A stretch of 64,000 bases of DNA from Desulfatiglandales bacterium (GCA_963662465.1 OY759599.1:3936001-4000000); one strand, 5' to 3'. Numbered from the stretch's first letter, positions 1-11,183 are shown. The notes: a model not told the origin generated them from the letters alone. Made by a program: numbers and translations.

Positions 1-1
1 G

Positions 2-661
2 ATGGCCCTGCGGGTGGTGGAACATGGCGGATTCATCTCTTTCAAGGATAACGGGGACGGTACCACGAGTCCCTATGAATTGAACACCACCTGGTACAGC
101 GCCCTGAACCGGGACGACTGCGATGAAACCATGGACTTCAAAATCAAGCGGTTCCTGGCCTCCAGATCCATAGCGCTTGCCATGATGGGGGTACCGGGAA
201 TCTATCTGCATGGTCTTTTCGGCTCCAAAAACGATGCCGATGCAGTCCTGGATGAAGGAGAGACCCGAAGCATCAGCCGACGAACCTTTGACCGAAAAAG
301 CCTATATCAGACCCTTGACGACCCCGATACGTCCACCCATAAAATCGCCTTTGGGTTCGGCGATATGGTCGCCGGGAGAACCCGGGAAAAAGCATTTCAT
401 CCCAATGCCGCCCAACGCATCCTTTACCTCTCCGACGACGTCTTTGCCCTGGTGCGAACCAGTATTGACAAGAAAGAACAGATCCTCTGCATCACCAATA
501 TCACCCCTCGGGAACAGCAGATCACAGTGGACATGTCCACGCAGGGGTTGACCGCCGTTTCCTGGCAGGACATCCTTTCAAAACAATCTCTTTCCGCGAA
601 TCGCGGCATCCTTTCCCTGAAACTTTCGCCTTATCAGGTGGTCTGGATAAAAAACAGATAA
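2..661 (+). CDS. Sucrose/glucosylglycerate phosphorylase-like GH13 protein, C-terminal part (5' end outside window)
   Basis: PYELNTTWYSAL, RFLASRSIALAMMGVPGIYLHGLFGSKND, AFHPNAAQ and terminal LSPYQVVW are typical of GH13_18 phosphorylases. Confidence 0.8.
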   Translation: MALRVVEHGGFISFKDNGDGTTSPYELNTTWYSALNRDDCDETMDFKIKRFLASRSIALAMMGVPGIYLHGLFGSKNDADAVLDEGETRSISRRTFDRKSLYQTLDDPDTSTHKIAFGFGDMVAGRTREKAFHPNAAQRILYLSDDVFALVRTSIDKKEQILCITNITPREQQITVDMSTQGLTAVSWQDILSKQSLSANRGILSLKLSPYQVVWIKNR

Positions 662-760
662 TTTCGGTGGAATTCATTCGGTTGTCGGGCAACATACACA
701 TCCATAGTGGGTTCCTACCTTTCTATCTGCCCTTCCTTCTCTCACCTCACCCCACGGAAC

Positions 761-1288
761 TCAAACTTCGAAACCGTATCTGACGCCTGAAAGGTGATGA
801 ACGATCTTTTTGCAGAGGATATCGGGGGAAAGTTCAATGGAGAGGGTCAACGCAACGTCGGGTTCTTCCAATGTTTTCAGCTGACTGTTCAGTAATTCAG
901 GGGACAGAAAATGGTTTTTCCGCTGCTGCAGCCGCCAGTAAAGAGTATCCCGCGTTCCCTTGAGGTACACCAGCAGCACCGGAAAAGCTGAATAGCCCAA
1001 AAGAACATGACGGTATTGTTCCTTAAGGGCCGAACAGGCCACCACGCCGCCCCCCTGCCCTGCCATTTCAACCATTTTTTCCGCCACCCTTTTGAGCCAC
1101 GGTGTTCTATCGTCATCCGTCAAGGGAATGCCATTTTTCATTTTTAAAATACTGGCCGGTGAATGAAAATCATCCCCATCCAGAAAAGGGACCTGAAGCG
1201 CATTGGCCACCCGCCTGCCGATGGTGGTCTTGCCGCATCCGGAAACCCCCATAATAACGATGATCTTCAAAAATCCCCCCCTATACAC
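761..1288 (-). CDS. gntK: Gluconokinase (GntK/IdnK family)
   Basis: Walker A GVSGCGKTT, DGDDFH, PLTDDDRTPW, VACSALK, LLNSQLKTLEEP. Confidence 0.9.
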   Translation of the reverse strand: MYRGGFLKIIVIMGVSGCGKTTIGRRVANALQVPFLDGDDFHSPASILKMKNGIPLTDDDRTPWLKRVAEKMVEMAGQGGGVVACSALKEQYRHVLLGYSAFPVLLVYLKGTRDTLYWRLQQRKNHFLSPELLNSQLKTLEEPDVALTLSIELSPDILCKKIVHHLSGVRYGFEV

Positions 1289-2147
1289 AGATGATCTTCA
1301 GTGCAACATCCCGGAAAAACGCACGGGACCAAAGGGCTAAGTTTTCAGGGTTTTTGACAAAAGGCGCGACCTCTCTTCCAGCCTGATCAACATCCAATTT
1401 ATTTATGGTTTCAGATAACAAATCCAGCAATTCACTTGACGTTAAGGGAGCATCATTCTTCCAATCCCCGGTTTGTCGCATTCGCTGCTCAAGATGGCGT
1501 AGATGTAACTCAGGATGATTGGCAGCATACCAGACAAAATCATACCAATCACGCCCTTTTACCCTGTTTTTCCATCTTCGGCACAGAATGGCGTGCATTT
1601 TACCGGCAAACAGATCCGGCAGTGAAAAGACGCGCACAGCGAAAGGAATGGGCCGCAAGAGATAGCGGGTCTGCGTTTCAAAACCAGACGGCGGATCGGT
1701 ATCCACCTCCAGCTTGATTTTCAACATCTGTCCCTTTGGGATGGTTTTAACAATCTCATCATTTGCTTCGATTACCATGAGTTGTGTTCGGGTATTACCC
1801 TTCAGAAAAGCCGACTGTATGGGTGATGTGGTTGTTTTTTGAACCTTTTCAAACCGGACATCAAAGCCGAACCCTTCGGTCTCTTTCCTCAGAAAAGCAG
1901 CATAGCCGGTGAAATCAAAGGCGCCAAACGGTTCCAGTAAAGAGAAATCCATGTCTTCCGAAAACCGATCCAGCCCGTAGAGAATCCGTAAGGCGGTTCC
2001 GCCATAAAAGGCGGCTTTATCAAAAAACTTGCCCCGCCAAAGCCCAAGAAGCGCTATTTCCTGAAGGATTTCCCGCAGCGCATTCATATAATCATAATGC
2101 TCTCGGCATTCGTACCTGGAAAGCATGGCGTTAATGGCTTCATGCAT
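1281..2147 (-). CDS. abiEii: AbiEii-family nucleotidyltransferase toxin (type IV TA)
   Basis: FYGGTALRILYGLDRFSEDMDFS, KMHAIL, KGRDWYD motifs; ATG 2147 overlaps the end of the antitoxin gene. Confidence 0.9.
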   Translation of the reverse strand: MHEAINAMLSRYECREHYDYMNALREILQEIALLGLWRGKFFDKAAFYGGTALRILYGLDRFSEDMDFSLLEPFGAFDFTGYAAFLRKETEGFGFDVRFEKVQKTTTSPIQSAFLKGNTRTQLMVIEANDEIVKTIPKGQMLKIKLEVDTDPPSGFETQTRYLLRPIPFAVRVFSLPDLFAGKMHAILCRRWKNRVKGRDWYDFVWYAANHPELHLRHLEQRMRQTGDWKNDAPLTSSELLDLLSETINKLDVDQAGREVAPFVKNPENLALWSRAFFRDVALKIICV

Positions 2148-2805
2148 GGAAGACGTCCTTTTCTTCTTTCTGAGCGACACTTTTGACCAAATCACTCAGT
2201 AATCTGATTTTTCGGGATCGATAACGGCGGGCCATTGCATCAAGACTTATGGCGTTCAGGTCTCTCAAAGCGGCTAAATCAATTCTGAGATTGTCTTCAA
2301 GATAGCCACAGAGTTCAGCTTTCGTTTGAATGCCAACCCCTCGGCTGTCATAAAGCTTATCCGCCAACGCTTTTTCCGGTGTGGCAATTAAAAAGGCGCG
2401 GCCGCCACCGATTTCAACCCGGTCCATCCCCGTACGGAAAGCCGCCAAAGGAATCCGGCGATAGGTGAAAAGCCCAATCGGTGTAAAAAACCTTCGGGAA
2501 CGACCGGTGGTTACAGAAGTTACCGCTTCCACACGCTCCGGGATCAGACCATAATACTGTAATGCAAAATCGAGAGATATGTAAGATGGACCATAGATGA
2601 GATTGGCAAGAATCTCCCGAGAAAAGGATCTTTGGCGGTACTCATGGCCAAAGATGTAAAGACCCTTTTTAATTCTAATGATAGAACCTTTCCCAAGAAG
2701 GGAAGAAATCTTGTCCCTCGGACGAGCATAATCCTTCAGGCAAACCAGAAGCGTCTGATAATCAAACTCCTCGTATTCTATTTTATTTCGGATATTCTCA
2801 ATCAT
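2140..2805 (-). CDS. abiEi: AbiEi-family antitoxin / transcriptional regulator
   Basis: IIRIKKGLY wHTH, PSYISLDFALQYYGLIPE, IATPEKALAD; directly upstream of abiEii. Confidence 0.85.
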   Translation of the reverse strand: MIENIRNKIEYEEFDYQTLLVCLKDYARPRDKISSLLGKGSIIRIKKGLYIFGHEYRQRSFSREILANLIYGPSYISLDFALQYYGLIPERVEAVTSVTTGRSRRFFTPIGLFTYRRIPLAAFRTGMDRVEIGGGRAFLIATPEKALADKLYDSRGVGIQTKAELCGYLEDNLRIDLAALRDLNAISLDAMARRYRSRKIRLLSDLVKSVAQKEEKDVFHA

Positions 2806-2874
2806 CCCAATGGGCCCGGATATATTATGGAGGGACCGAACAAAATTCAGTTAACCGAGGATACCATTTTCGGA

Positions 2875-2907
2875 CATAGTATGTCGACGAAATTCCGACA
2901 TACTATG
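2875..2907. promoter_or_regulatory. Perfect 12-bp inverted repeat upstream of abiEi, candidate autoregulatory operator
   Basis: CATAGTATGTCG-N9-CGACATACTATG. Confidence 0.55.
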
Positions 2908-2922
2908 CTTAATACCGTTTAA

Positions 2923-3405
2923 TCAGCTTCTCACCCCATCCAAAACTTCCCTTAGCTTCCGGGCCAGTCTATCCGCCATAAAGGGTTTTTCGATGAAATG
3001 AACGTCTTCATCCAGAATGCCGTGGTGGGCAATGGCATTGACAGTATAGCCGGACATGAAAAGCGTTCTGGTTTCCGACCGAATCTTCAGGACCTGTTCA
3101 GCCAGGTCCTTTCCGTTCATCTGGGGCATTACCACATCGGTCATGAGCAAGTGAATCGTGCCGGTGTGTTCCCGGGCCATCTCCATGGCCTCATACGGGC
3201 TGTTTGCCGTGAGTACTGCATACCCGAGCCTTTCCAGCATCATCCGTGCCATTTTCAGGATACCCGAATCATCCTCCACCAGCAGGATCAATTCCCCATT
3301 CCCCCTTAGGGTCTCCTCAAATCGCGTCGAGTTTTCCCGGGTGTTGTCTCCGCGATGCCGGGGAATAAAAATCTTAAAAGTGGCCCCTTTTCCGGGTTCG
3401 CTGTA
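2923..3405 (-). pseudogene. 3' remnant of a hybrid histidine kinase (end of HATPase + REC domain)
   Basis: Reads YSEPGKGATFKIFIPR...ILLVEDD...LLMTDVVMP...FIEKPF; begins abruptly about 10 nt after the fmdE-like stop, with no ATG or RBS for a full kinase. Confidence 0.75.
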
Positions 3406-3415
3406 GTCGGAAGTC

Positions 3416-4474
3416 CTACTTCATGACCATTTGGTACGGGTCGCCCCCTCCGATCTGATTAGCCAGTTTGGCGGGGCCGGAAAACGATTTCAGCTCCACG
3501 ATGTAGCCCAGGAGCTTTTCTCTTGGCATGCCGGCCAGCGTTCGAGCCATTTTCACTCGGGCCACCCAGAACATGGGGTTGGACGGACCGCCTTTGCAAT
3601 AAAACTCGTCGGCCTTGACGCCGGTGGCGTCATAGGCTTTGTTCCAGTCAAAGCCGAGCACCAAGCCGGTACATGAATCCTTCTTCTGATTGATGCGCAT
3701 GGCCACGGTCATGGGATCGACGCCGTCGGCGCTGTACTCTTTTAGCTTTTTCTCGCTAATGGCCATTGAATAGCCAGCTGACTTGCCGGGAGTGGCGTTG
3801 AACATGACCTGCAGGGCGTCCGCCCAGCATTTGGCCGGAGCGCTGGAAAAGACGTATTTGTCGCCGGGGCCCAGAGGCAATTTATCCATAACGTACTGAC
3901 CGACGATATAGCCGGCGTTGACGCCGGGGCAGAAATGGTCGTGAAAGGCGGCGGACAGCAAGAGCGTCCAGGGCGGATTGACAGCCCAGGCCAGACTGAA
4001 GCTGACCACGGAAAAGGTGTTAGGACCGATCAGACCGGAAGCGGCCTGTTTCCAGCCTTCCGGCGTCAGGATCTTATCCGGCGTGCCGTCCAGAATTTGC
4101 TGCTCGAACCCGGAGCCGGTCCATTTGACGAAGACAATTTTATTCGAGCCCTTTCGATACAAAGAAAACCAGAGCGGATCGAGAATTGAGCCGTGGATGA
4201 GCATCAGGTTCCGTGAACCTATGCTGCATCCGACATCCTTTTGTCCCAAATCGATGAACTGCTCGGTGCTCCGGCCGTCCACCATTCCGTAACCTGCATT
4301 GGTCAGGAGCAGCAGGCCGTCCTGACCTTTTGTGGCGCCTATTTCCGAAAACGCCCGTTGCAAAGCGGCGTCAGCCGCGCCCATCCACGGTTGCGGCCCG
4401 GCGGCGAACGCGGATGTCCCAATCAAAAGCATAATGCAGAACAGTAAAGCACAAAGCAAACGAATACGTTTCAT
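3416..4474 (-). CDS. Secreted FmdE-family metal-binding protein
   Basis: Signal peptide ending AFA; FHDHFCPGVNAGY and CWADALQV motifs of the FmdE domain; RBS GGAGG. Confidence 0.75.
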   Translation of the reverse strand: MKRIRLLCALLFCIMLLIGTSAFAAGPQPWMGAADAALQRAFSEIGATKGQDGLLLLTNAGYGMVDGRSTEQFIDLGQKDVGCSIGSRNLMLIHGSILDPLWFSLYRKGSNKIVFVKWTGSGFEQQILDGTPDKILTPEGWKQAASGLIGPNTFSVVSFSLAWAVNPPWTLLLSAAFHDHFCPGVNAGYIVGQYVMDKLPLGPGDKYVFSSAPAKCWADALQVMFNATPGKSAGYSMAISEKKLKEYSADGVDPMTVAMRINQKKDSCTGLVLGFDWNKAYDATGVKADEFYCKGGPSNPMFWVARVKMARTLAGMPREKLLGYIVELKSFSGPAKLANQIGGGDPYQMVMK

Positions 4475-4719
4475 ACCAACCTCCTATCTGACGTAATTTA
4501 ATCGATTTTCAGTTCCTTTCTTCAGAAAGCGGTTGTTGATTCTCTATCAGTCTGAACCGCCATGCGGCTTCATGCCGGTGTTGGAAAACGGCGGGCTGGT
4601 GCAGAATTGATGAAATCCCCCTCAATCTCCTTCCCAATGGGGGAGAGCATAAAATTGGAACTTTTTTATGAGCAGCGAGTCGACATCCCGACTGATCGTG
4701 GAAACAAAAGTCACCGGCA

Positions 4720-4820
4720 AGGACATGACCCCTTCCCTCATGAATGGCTTCAAGATCATGACGCCTTCGTGGCGTTTGTATGGATTGTGTTCGGCTTTTA
4801 CGAGTCGGACTTCGTGCCCG
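4720..4820 (-). promoter_or_regulatory. Candidate structured RNA leader: two hairpins with identical ACGAA loops followed by a longer stem
   Basis: CGGGC-ACGAA-GUCCG (4820-4806), ACGCC-ACGAA-GGCGU (4775-4761), CAUGAUCUU...GGGGUCAUG (4760-4724). Confidence 0.4.
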
Positions 4821-4962
4821 TGCTTCGGTTATAAGAACTCGCTTTTTTGGGACCGGAACGTACGGGATTTCGCCTTGTGTGTCAAGGGTAAAGTGGACAT
4901 AAAGGGCGGTTCAAGTCTTTGATTGACTTATCTTTCATGGTCTGATGATAGACGTGCAAACC

Positions 4963-5045
4963 ATGTCGAGACCACTCAGGATAGAATTCCCAGATGCATG
5001 GTATCATGTTATGAACCGTGCCAGGCTCGGGCAGGATGCCTTTCC
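4963..5045 (+). pseudogene. REP-associated tyrosine transposase (Y1/RAYT) N-terminal fragment
   Basis: MSRPLRIEFPDAWYHVMNR, then similarity is lost. Confidence 0.7.
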
Positions 5046-5304
5046 CGCCGTAAAGCATAATCTCGATCTTGAAAATCTCAGAATAAATAAGCCGGAAAAT
5101 TTTCGTTTACATCAAAGTTCACATTGAGTTTCATGTTGATATGGTTTATGTCCATTGCTGATATGTGATCCAATCACTTCAGCTGAGTCCGTACGACCGA
5201 TTTCATAAATCTGATTGTAAGGCAATCCCCTGAAAAACATCTATAGCTTAATTAGACGATAGAATGTTTTTACTGCGGTAATAAAGATCTGATCTCCCAC
5301 ATAG

Positions 5305-7239
5305 GTGAAAAAATTGCTAAATAACGGACAATTATTCAAAAACGGTCAGGTAAGGAATTTACAATATACCGCCTCATCCGTCGAGGTTTTAGAAGGCCTG
5401 GATCCGGTAAGACGCCGCCCGGGAATGTATACGGACACCCAGCGGCCAAACCATCTGGCTCAGGAAGTTATTGACAACAGCACTGATGAGGCCATTTCCG
5501 GTTATGCCACGCGTATCGATGTGATCCTGTTTGAAGACGGCTCGGTTCAGGTCGCGGACAACGGGCGCGGAATGCCGGTGGACATGCACCCCACGGAAAA
5601 AGTTTCAGGCGTCGAGGTCATTATGACCCGGCTGCATGCCGGCGCCAAATTTTCAAATAAGGATTATCAATTTTCCGGCGGTTTGCACGGTGTGGGCGTA
5701 TCGGTGGTCAACGCGCTTTCAAAACGGCTTGAAGTCGAAATCTATCGGGATGGCCGGCAATACGAAATTGCTTTTGAGGGTGGAAACAAGGTACGGGATC
5801 TGGAAATGACCGGAAGTGTCGGCCAACGGCGAACCGGCACTAAAATCAGGTTCTGGCCCGATCCACGGTATTTTGATACCATCACCTATTCAATTCCCAA
5901 GCTGAGACACAACCTGAAGGCCAAGGCGGTCCTTTGCCCGGGGCTGATGGTGAAGTTTGAAGATAAAATATCCAATGAAACCGAGACCTGGCATTTTAAG
6001 ACCGGGCTGGACGAATATCTCGTCCAAAGCCTTAACGGATATGAAATGGTACCGGAACCCCCTTTTGGCGGCATATTCGAAGGCCGGGATGAGCAGGTTT
6101 CGTGGTCTTCGGTCTGGTTGTCCAATGGGGGAGAGGCGGTCTGCGAAAGCTATGTCAACCTGATCCCAACGCCGCAGGGCGGCACCCATGTCAATGGTTT
6201 CAGGCAGGGGCTTTTGACCGCGCTCAGGGATTTTTGCGACCTGCGCAAGCTTCTGCCGAGAGGGATCAAGCTGTCCCCGGATGATGTATGGGAAAAATGT
6301 TCTTACGTTCTGTCGGTGAAGATGACGGAACCCCGATTTTCCGGCCAAACCAAGGAACGGCTCTCATCTCGTCAGTGCGCAACGTTTGTTGCGTCAACGG
6401 TCAAGGACGCCTTTACCTTCTGGCTGAACAACCATCCGGAAATCGGAGAGCAGATTGCCGAAATTGCCATTGACTCGGCCCGTCGGCGGATCAAGAGCGA
6501 TAAGAAGGTGGTGCGCAAGAAGGCCACCAGCGGCCCCACGCTGCCGGGCAAATTGTCCGACTGCATCAGCCAGGAATTTGAGCAGTGCGAACTTTTTCTG
6601 GTGGAGGGCGATTCAGCCGGCGGATCCGCCAAGCAGGCCAGAAACCGAAATACCCAGGCCATCCTGCCGCTGCGCGGAAAAATCCTGAATACCTGGGAGA
6701 TAGAATCCGAATCGATTTTATCCTCAAAAGAGGTTCACGATATCGCCGTTGCCATTGGGGTTGATCCCGGCTCGTCCGATATCAGGGGGCTTCGTTACGG
6801 AAAAAACATTATCATGACCGATGCGGACTCCGACGGGCTTCATATCGCCACATTGCTATGCGCGCTTTTTCTAAAACACTTCAAGCCGCTGGTAACAGCC
6901 GGTTACGTGTATGTGGCGCTGCCGCCGCTCTATCGAATCGATATTGGTAAAGAGGTGTATTATGCCCTGGATGAAATCGAAAAAGACATCATTATGAAAA
7001 AAGCTGAAAAAAAGAACCGGAAATCAACTGTTCAGCGATTCAAAGGCTTAGGAGAAATGAATCCGGGACAGTTGCGCGAGACCACCATGGACCCGGATAC
7101 CCGGCGGCTGGTCAAGCTGACCATTGATGAAGAGAATACGGAACATTTGTATGCCGTGATGGATATGATGCTGGGCAAAAAGAACGCCGGCGCCCGCAAA
7201 GAGTGGCTGGAAGAAAAAGGAAACCTGGTGGACATATGA
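5305..7239 (+). CDS. parE: DNA topoisomerase IV subunit B
   Basis: [66 protein letters not shown]; 644 aa without the GyrB insertion. Confidence 0.95.
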   Translation: MKKLLNNGQLFKNGQVRNLQYTASSVEVLEGLDPVRRRPGMYTDTQRPNHLAQEVIDNSTDEAISGYATRIDVILFEDGSVQVADNGRGMPVDMHPTEKVSGVEVIMTRLHAGAKFSNKDYQFSGGLHGVGVSVVNALSKRLEVEIYRDGRQYEIAFEGGNKVRDLEMTGSVGQRRTGTKIRFWPDPRYFDTITYSIPKLRHNLKAKAVLCPGLMVKFEDKISNETETWHFKTGLDEYLVQSLNGYEMVPEPPFGGIFEGRDEQVSWSSVWLSNGGEAVCESYVNLIPTPQGGTHVNGFRQGLLTALRDFCDLRKLLPRGIKLSPDDVWEKCSYVLSVKMTEPRFSGQTKERLSSRQCATFVASTVKDAFTFWLNNHPEIGEQIAEIAIDSARRRIKSDKKVVRKKATSGPTLPGKLSDCISQEFEQCELFLVEGDSAGGSAKQARNRNTQAILPLRGKILNTWEIESESILSSKEVHDIAVAIGVDPGSSDIRGLRYGKNIIMTDADSDGLHIATLLCALFLKHFKPLVTAGYVYVALPPLYRIDIGKEVYYALDEIEKDIIMKKAEKKNRKSTVQRFKGLGEMNPGQLRETTMDPDTRRLVKLTIDEENTEHLYAVMDMMLGKKNAGARKEWLEEKGNLVDI

Positions 7240-9557
7240 GTGAAAATCTACAAAACGGATCTGAAGTGATGCTAATTCATGAATACTCTGAAAAGGCCTA
7301 CCTGAATTATGCCATGTCAGTGATCATGAACCGGGCCCTGCCGTTTATCGGTGACGGTTTGAAACCTGTTCAGCGGCGGGTTCTGTATGCCATGAGCGAA
7401 CTGGGCCTCAAGAGTACGGCTAAATATAAAAAATCAGCCCGCACCGTTGGCGATGTGCTTGGCAAATTTCATCCCCATGGGGATTCAGCCTGCTATGAGG
7501 CCATGGTGCTGATGGCGCAATCGTTTTCATATCGGTACCCTTTGGTTGACGGGCAGGGCAATTGGGGATGCGTCGATGACCCCAAATCGTTTGCCGCGAT
7601 GCGCTATACCGAAGGCAAACTGTCGGCCTTTGCCGAGATATTTCTCTCTGAAGTGAACATGGGCACGGTGGAATGGGTCCCTAATTTTGACGGCACACTC
7701 AGAGAGCCGGGCACACTGCCGGCAAGGTTGCCGAATATTATCTTAAACGGAACCATGGGAATTGCCGTGGGTATGGCGACCGACATTCCGCCGCACAATA
7801 TCCACGAGGTGGTAGATGCCTGTATCCACCTGCTGAACCAACCCAAGGCATCGGTCGAGGAATTGTGCGAATATATTCAATGCCCGGATTATCCGGGAGG
7901 CGCGGAAATTATTTCTTCACGAAAAGATATTGTGGAGATCTACCGGACCGGACATGGAACCATCCGGCTGCGTGCCCTTTGGAATACTGAAAACGGGGAC
8001 ATCGTTATATCTGAAATGCCTCACCAGGTGTCGCCGGCAAAGATCATCGAGCAGATTGCGGCCCAGATGGAAGCGAAGAAGCTGCCCATGGTGACGGATA
8101 TCCGGGATGAATCTGATCACGAGGACCCGGTTCGGATTGTCATTACGCTCACTTCCAACCGTGTGGACCGCGAAGCGCTGATGCTGCATCTGTTTGCCAC
8201 AACGGATCTTGAGCGCACAAGCCGCGTGAATCTGAATATGATCGGCCTCGACCGCAAGCCCAAGGTAAAGGGGCTTTTAGAACTCCTCACCGAATGGCTG
8301 ACGTTTCGCATCGAAACGGTCCGACTGCGACTTTCCCACCGCCTGGCACAGGTATTGGACCGCCTGCATATCCTGGAAGGTCTGTTAATCGCCTATCTAA
8401 ACCTGGACCGGGTGATTCAGATCATCCGTCAAAACGATGAACCAAAGCCCTTACTGATAAAAGAATTCAATCTTTCCGATAGTCAGGCCGAAGCCATTTT
8501 GTCCTTAAGATTACGAAATCTGGCTAAATTGGAAGAGGCCAAAATCAGGACCGAACACGACGCGCTGGAAGAAGAACGCCGTGCAATTGAAAAGATTTTA
8601 AATTCAGAAACCCGGCTCAAAACACTTGTCAAAAAAGAACTCCAGGCTGATGCCAGGGCTTTTGGCAACCCTCGCCGAACAAAGATCGTGGTACGTGAGG
8701 AGGCAAAGGTTATTGCCGCCATCGACAGGGGGCCGGTGGAACCGGTCACCGTAATTCTGTCTCGTCAGGGTTGGATCCGGATGGCCAAAGGCCATGATGT
8801 CAAGCCCGAGGATTTGAACTACAAATCCGGTGACGGCTTCCTTGTTGCCGCTAAGGGTCGGAGCAACCAGTCGGCCATGTTCCTGGATACCACCGGCAGG
8901 GTCTATGCAACACCTGTTAATGATATGCCGTCTGCACGCAGTCATGGAACACCACTGACCGGTTATTTCAAGAATCCTGCCCAGTCCCAGTTTATCGCAG
9001 CGCTAATGGGCGCGCCAAAGCAAAAGCTTCTGGTTGCCAGTACAGCCGGGTATGGGTTTGTAACCGAGCTGGAAAACTTAAACACCCGGAACCAAAAGGG
9101 AAAGGTTCTCATCAGTTTGTCGGCCGGCGCCTTGCCGCTGGCGCCCATTCACATTACCGTCAATATGGCCGGAACTTATGTGGTCTCCATTACAAACGAA
9201 GGCCGCATGCTGGCGTTTCCCATAAAAGATTTGCCTGAGCTGGCCAAGGGCAAGGGGAATAAAATAATCAATGTGCTGACAAAGGATTTTAAGGCCGGCA
9301 CGGATTTTATCAAGCATTTGTTCCTGCTGCCTGAAGACGGCCTGCTGACATTATTCTCCGGTCGTCGTCATTTTAAACTGACCGCTTCCAACTTCAGCAA
9401 TTTTATCGGCAAGCGTGCCCAGCGCGGCAAAATACTGCCCCGTGGCCTCAGAAACGTTGATTCCGTATTCGTTGAACTGCCTGCCCAACAGACATTGCGA
9501 TTGCCGGGAGACGAATCGACTACGGGAGATTGCGTCGAAGCGATCAAGAATAGTTAA
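7236..9557 (+). CDS. parC: DNA topoisomerase IV subunit A
   Basis: [21 protein letters not shown] and AAMRYTE active-site Tyr; ATGA overlap with parE. Confidence 0.95.
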   Translation: MSENLQNGSEVMLIHEYSEKAYLNYAMSVIMNRALPFIGDGLKPVQRRVLYAMSELGLKSTAKYKKSARTVGDVLGKFHPHGDSACYEAMVLMAQSFSYRYPLVDGQGNWGCVDDPKSFAAMRYTEGKLSAFAEIFLSEVNMGTVEWVPNFDGTLREPGTLPARLPNIILNGTMGIAVGMATDIPPHNIHEVVDACIHLLNQPKASVEELCEYIQCPDYPGGAEIISSRKDIVEIYRTGHGTIRLRALWNTENGDIVISEMPHQVSPAKIIEQIAAQMEAKKLPMVTDIRDESDHEDPVRIVITLTSNRVDREALMLHLFATTDLERTSRVNLNMIGLDRKPKVKGLLELLTEWLTFRIETVRLRLSHRLAQVLDRLHILEGLLIAYLNLDRVIQIIRQNDEPKPLLIKEFNLSDSQAEAILSLRLRNLAKLEEAKIRTEHDALEEERRAIEKILNSETRLKTLVKKELQADARAFGNPRRTKIVVREEAKVIAAIDRGPVEPVTVILSRQGWIRMAKGHDVKPEDLNYKSGDGFLVAAKGRSNQSAMFLDTTGRVYATPVNDMPSARSHGTPLTGYFKNPAQSQFIAALMGAPKQKLLVASTAGYGFVTELENLNTRNQKGKVLISLSAGALPLAPIHITVNMAGTYVVSITNEGRMLAFPIKDLPELAKGKGNKIINVLTKDFKAGTDFIKHLFLLPEDGLLTLFSGRRHFKLTASNFSNFIGKRAQRGKILPRGLRNVDSVFVELPAQQTLRLPGDESTTGDCVEAIKNS

Positions 9558-9596
9558 ATTTGAAACAAAACAATATCCTAACTGCCCTATGGTTTG

Positions 9597-11183
9597 CTAA
9601 GCGCTTTTGGCCCAACGCGGATTAAACCGTGCCAACACCTCAGCCAACACTTCTTTTCCCACCGGTTTGGGCACATGGTCATTCATCCCGGCCGCCAGAC
9701 ACGCCTTGCGGCCCTCTTCTCCCGTATCGCCGGTCATGGCCACGATGGGAACATCTGAGTTTTGGGCCGGCCTGGATTTCCGGATTGCCCTTGTGGCCTC
9801 AAAACCGTCCATTTCGGGCATCTGGCAATCCATCAGGACCAGGTCAAATGCTTCCCGCGCCAAAGCCTCCAGAGCGGCTTTTCCGGTATCGGCAACCACA
9901 ACCGTGTGCCCCTGTCGCTCGATCAGTCGACGCATCAGTTTTTGATTTACGGGGTTGTCTTCCGCAACCAAAATGTGAAGGGTGCGCGGTTCTTTTTTCA
10001 GTGAAGCAGGTGGACTTGCGGGCATCGGCTTTTCTTCCAGAGGCAGATTGTGAAGAACCGCTTTGAAAACCGTCCCCGATTCGGGCGATGTGGCAAAGGA
10101 AACCTGACCTTTCAAATACCGTTCGGTCAGCAATTTGATGCTGTATGTGCCTAAGCCCCGTCCCGAACCTTTGGTGGAAAAGGAACGTTGAAAAATCTGC
10201 AATTGAACATCCCGGGGGATAAACCCCGGGTTGTGTACCCGGAATGACACGCCACGATCGACCGCTTCACATCCCAGTGTTACGGTTTCGCCGGGCCTGG
10301 ACGCTTCCAGGGCGTTTTTCGTCATGTTCCCGAGTACCCGCCGAAGCAGCCCGTGATCCGTTATGACTGTTCCTTGACAGGGGTGATCTTCAATCCGAAT
10401 ATGACGTTCGCGCGCTACTTCATGTCCGGTGTACAGCTCAGCGATTTCCAGCAGCATATCCCCTGTATCAACAGCACTGGAATGTGTTTCCAATTCATCG
10501 TTTTCCGCCGCCGCCAGTTGTCGCTGGGCCTGAATTTCCTCAATCAAATCATTGGAAAGCCGTAGAATGATATCCTGAAATTCATTCAGTTCTTCCAGGT
10601 TGGCCTCGCGAATCAGTTCCGCCGAGCCTTTGAGCCCCCCCGCCGTGTTCAGAATATCGTGAAAGAAAATGCGCTCCAGCACTTTACGCCGTTTCTCATG
10701 ACTGATATCCACCACCATAAAGGTCGTAAACAACTCATCGCCCAAAACCAGGGGTTTTGCCCAGACACGCAGATCCAGCGCGTCTCCTGTCTGATCCTGA
10801 AGAATGCGGCATTCCCGCACATCGCTTTTGTTTTCCTGGCTTGTGAGAATGGCCATTACCGCGCCGCAGGTGCTGCAAAACGGCGTGGTGCCACAACCGC
10901 CCTCCGATTCAAATGCGTGCATGCATTTTAACACTTCTCCGGGACGCCGTCCGAAAACGCGATCCATATCACCCGATTTTACGCCCAGCTTATGGTACAG
11001 ACTTTGGTTCGCATACACGATCTGTCGCTCCCGGTTCAGCACCATCAGAATATCGGGGACGACATCGAGTATTTGCGTCATCAGCGACGCACCTTGAAAA
11101 AGCCGACCCTGTCGCGCTATTTCATCATCCGAAGCGCGCTCGGCCGGGGCAAATTCCGTATGGATTTTAATCGGTTTTATCAT
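9597..11183 (-). CDS. Cytoplasmic hybrid histidine kinase (Cys-rich PAS-like domain, HisKA, HATPase, REC)
   Basis: FFHDILN H-box, NMTKNALEAS, FSTKGSGRGLG, ILVAEDN...LMDCQMP; RBS GGAGG before ATG 11183. Confidence 0.9.
   Translation of the reverse strand: MIKPIKIHTEFAPAERASDDEIARQGRLFQGASLMTQILDVVPDILMVLNRERQIVYANQSLYHKLGVKSGDMDRVFGRRPGEVLKCMHAFESEGGCGTTPFCSTCGAVMAILTSQENKSDVRECRILQDQTGDALDLRVWAKPLVLGDELFTTFMVVDISHEKRRKVLERIFFHDILNTAGGLKGSAELIREANLEELNEFQDIILRLSNDLIEEIQAQRQLAAAENDELETHSSAVDTGDMLLEIAELYTGHEVARERHIRIEDHPCQGTVITDHGLLRRVLGNMTKNALEASRPGETVTLGCEAVDRGVSFRVHNPGFIPRDVQLQIFQRSFSTKGSGRGLGTYSIKLLTERYLKGQVSFATSPESGTVFKAVLHNLPLEEKPMPASPPASLKKEPRTLHILVAEDNPVNQKLMRRLIERQGHTVVVADTGKAALEALAREAFDLVLMDCQMPEMDGFEATRAIRKSRPAQNSDVPIVAMTGDTGEEGRKACLAAGMNDHVPKPVGKEVLAEVLARFNPRWAKSA

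Noticed and set aside
4700..4830. Cobalamin, guanidine-II or canonical ANTAR element upstream of the FmdE-like gene
   Set aside because: Only a GCCA..GGGAAGG-like fragment of the B12 box is present, and loops are 5 nt rather than 4 or 6; kept only as an unassigned candidate.
7470..7510. Quinolone-resistance allele of parC
   Set aside because: QRDR reads GDSACYE, the wild-type pattern.
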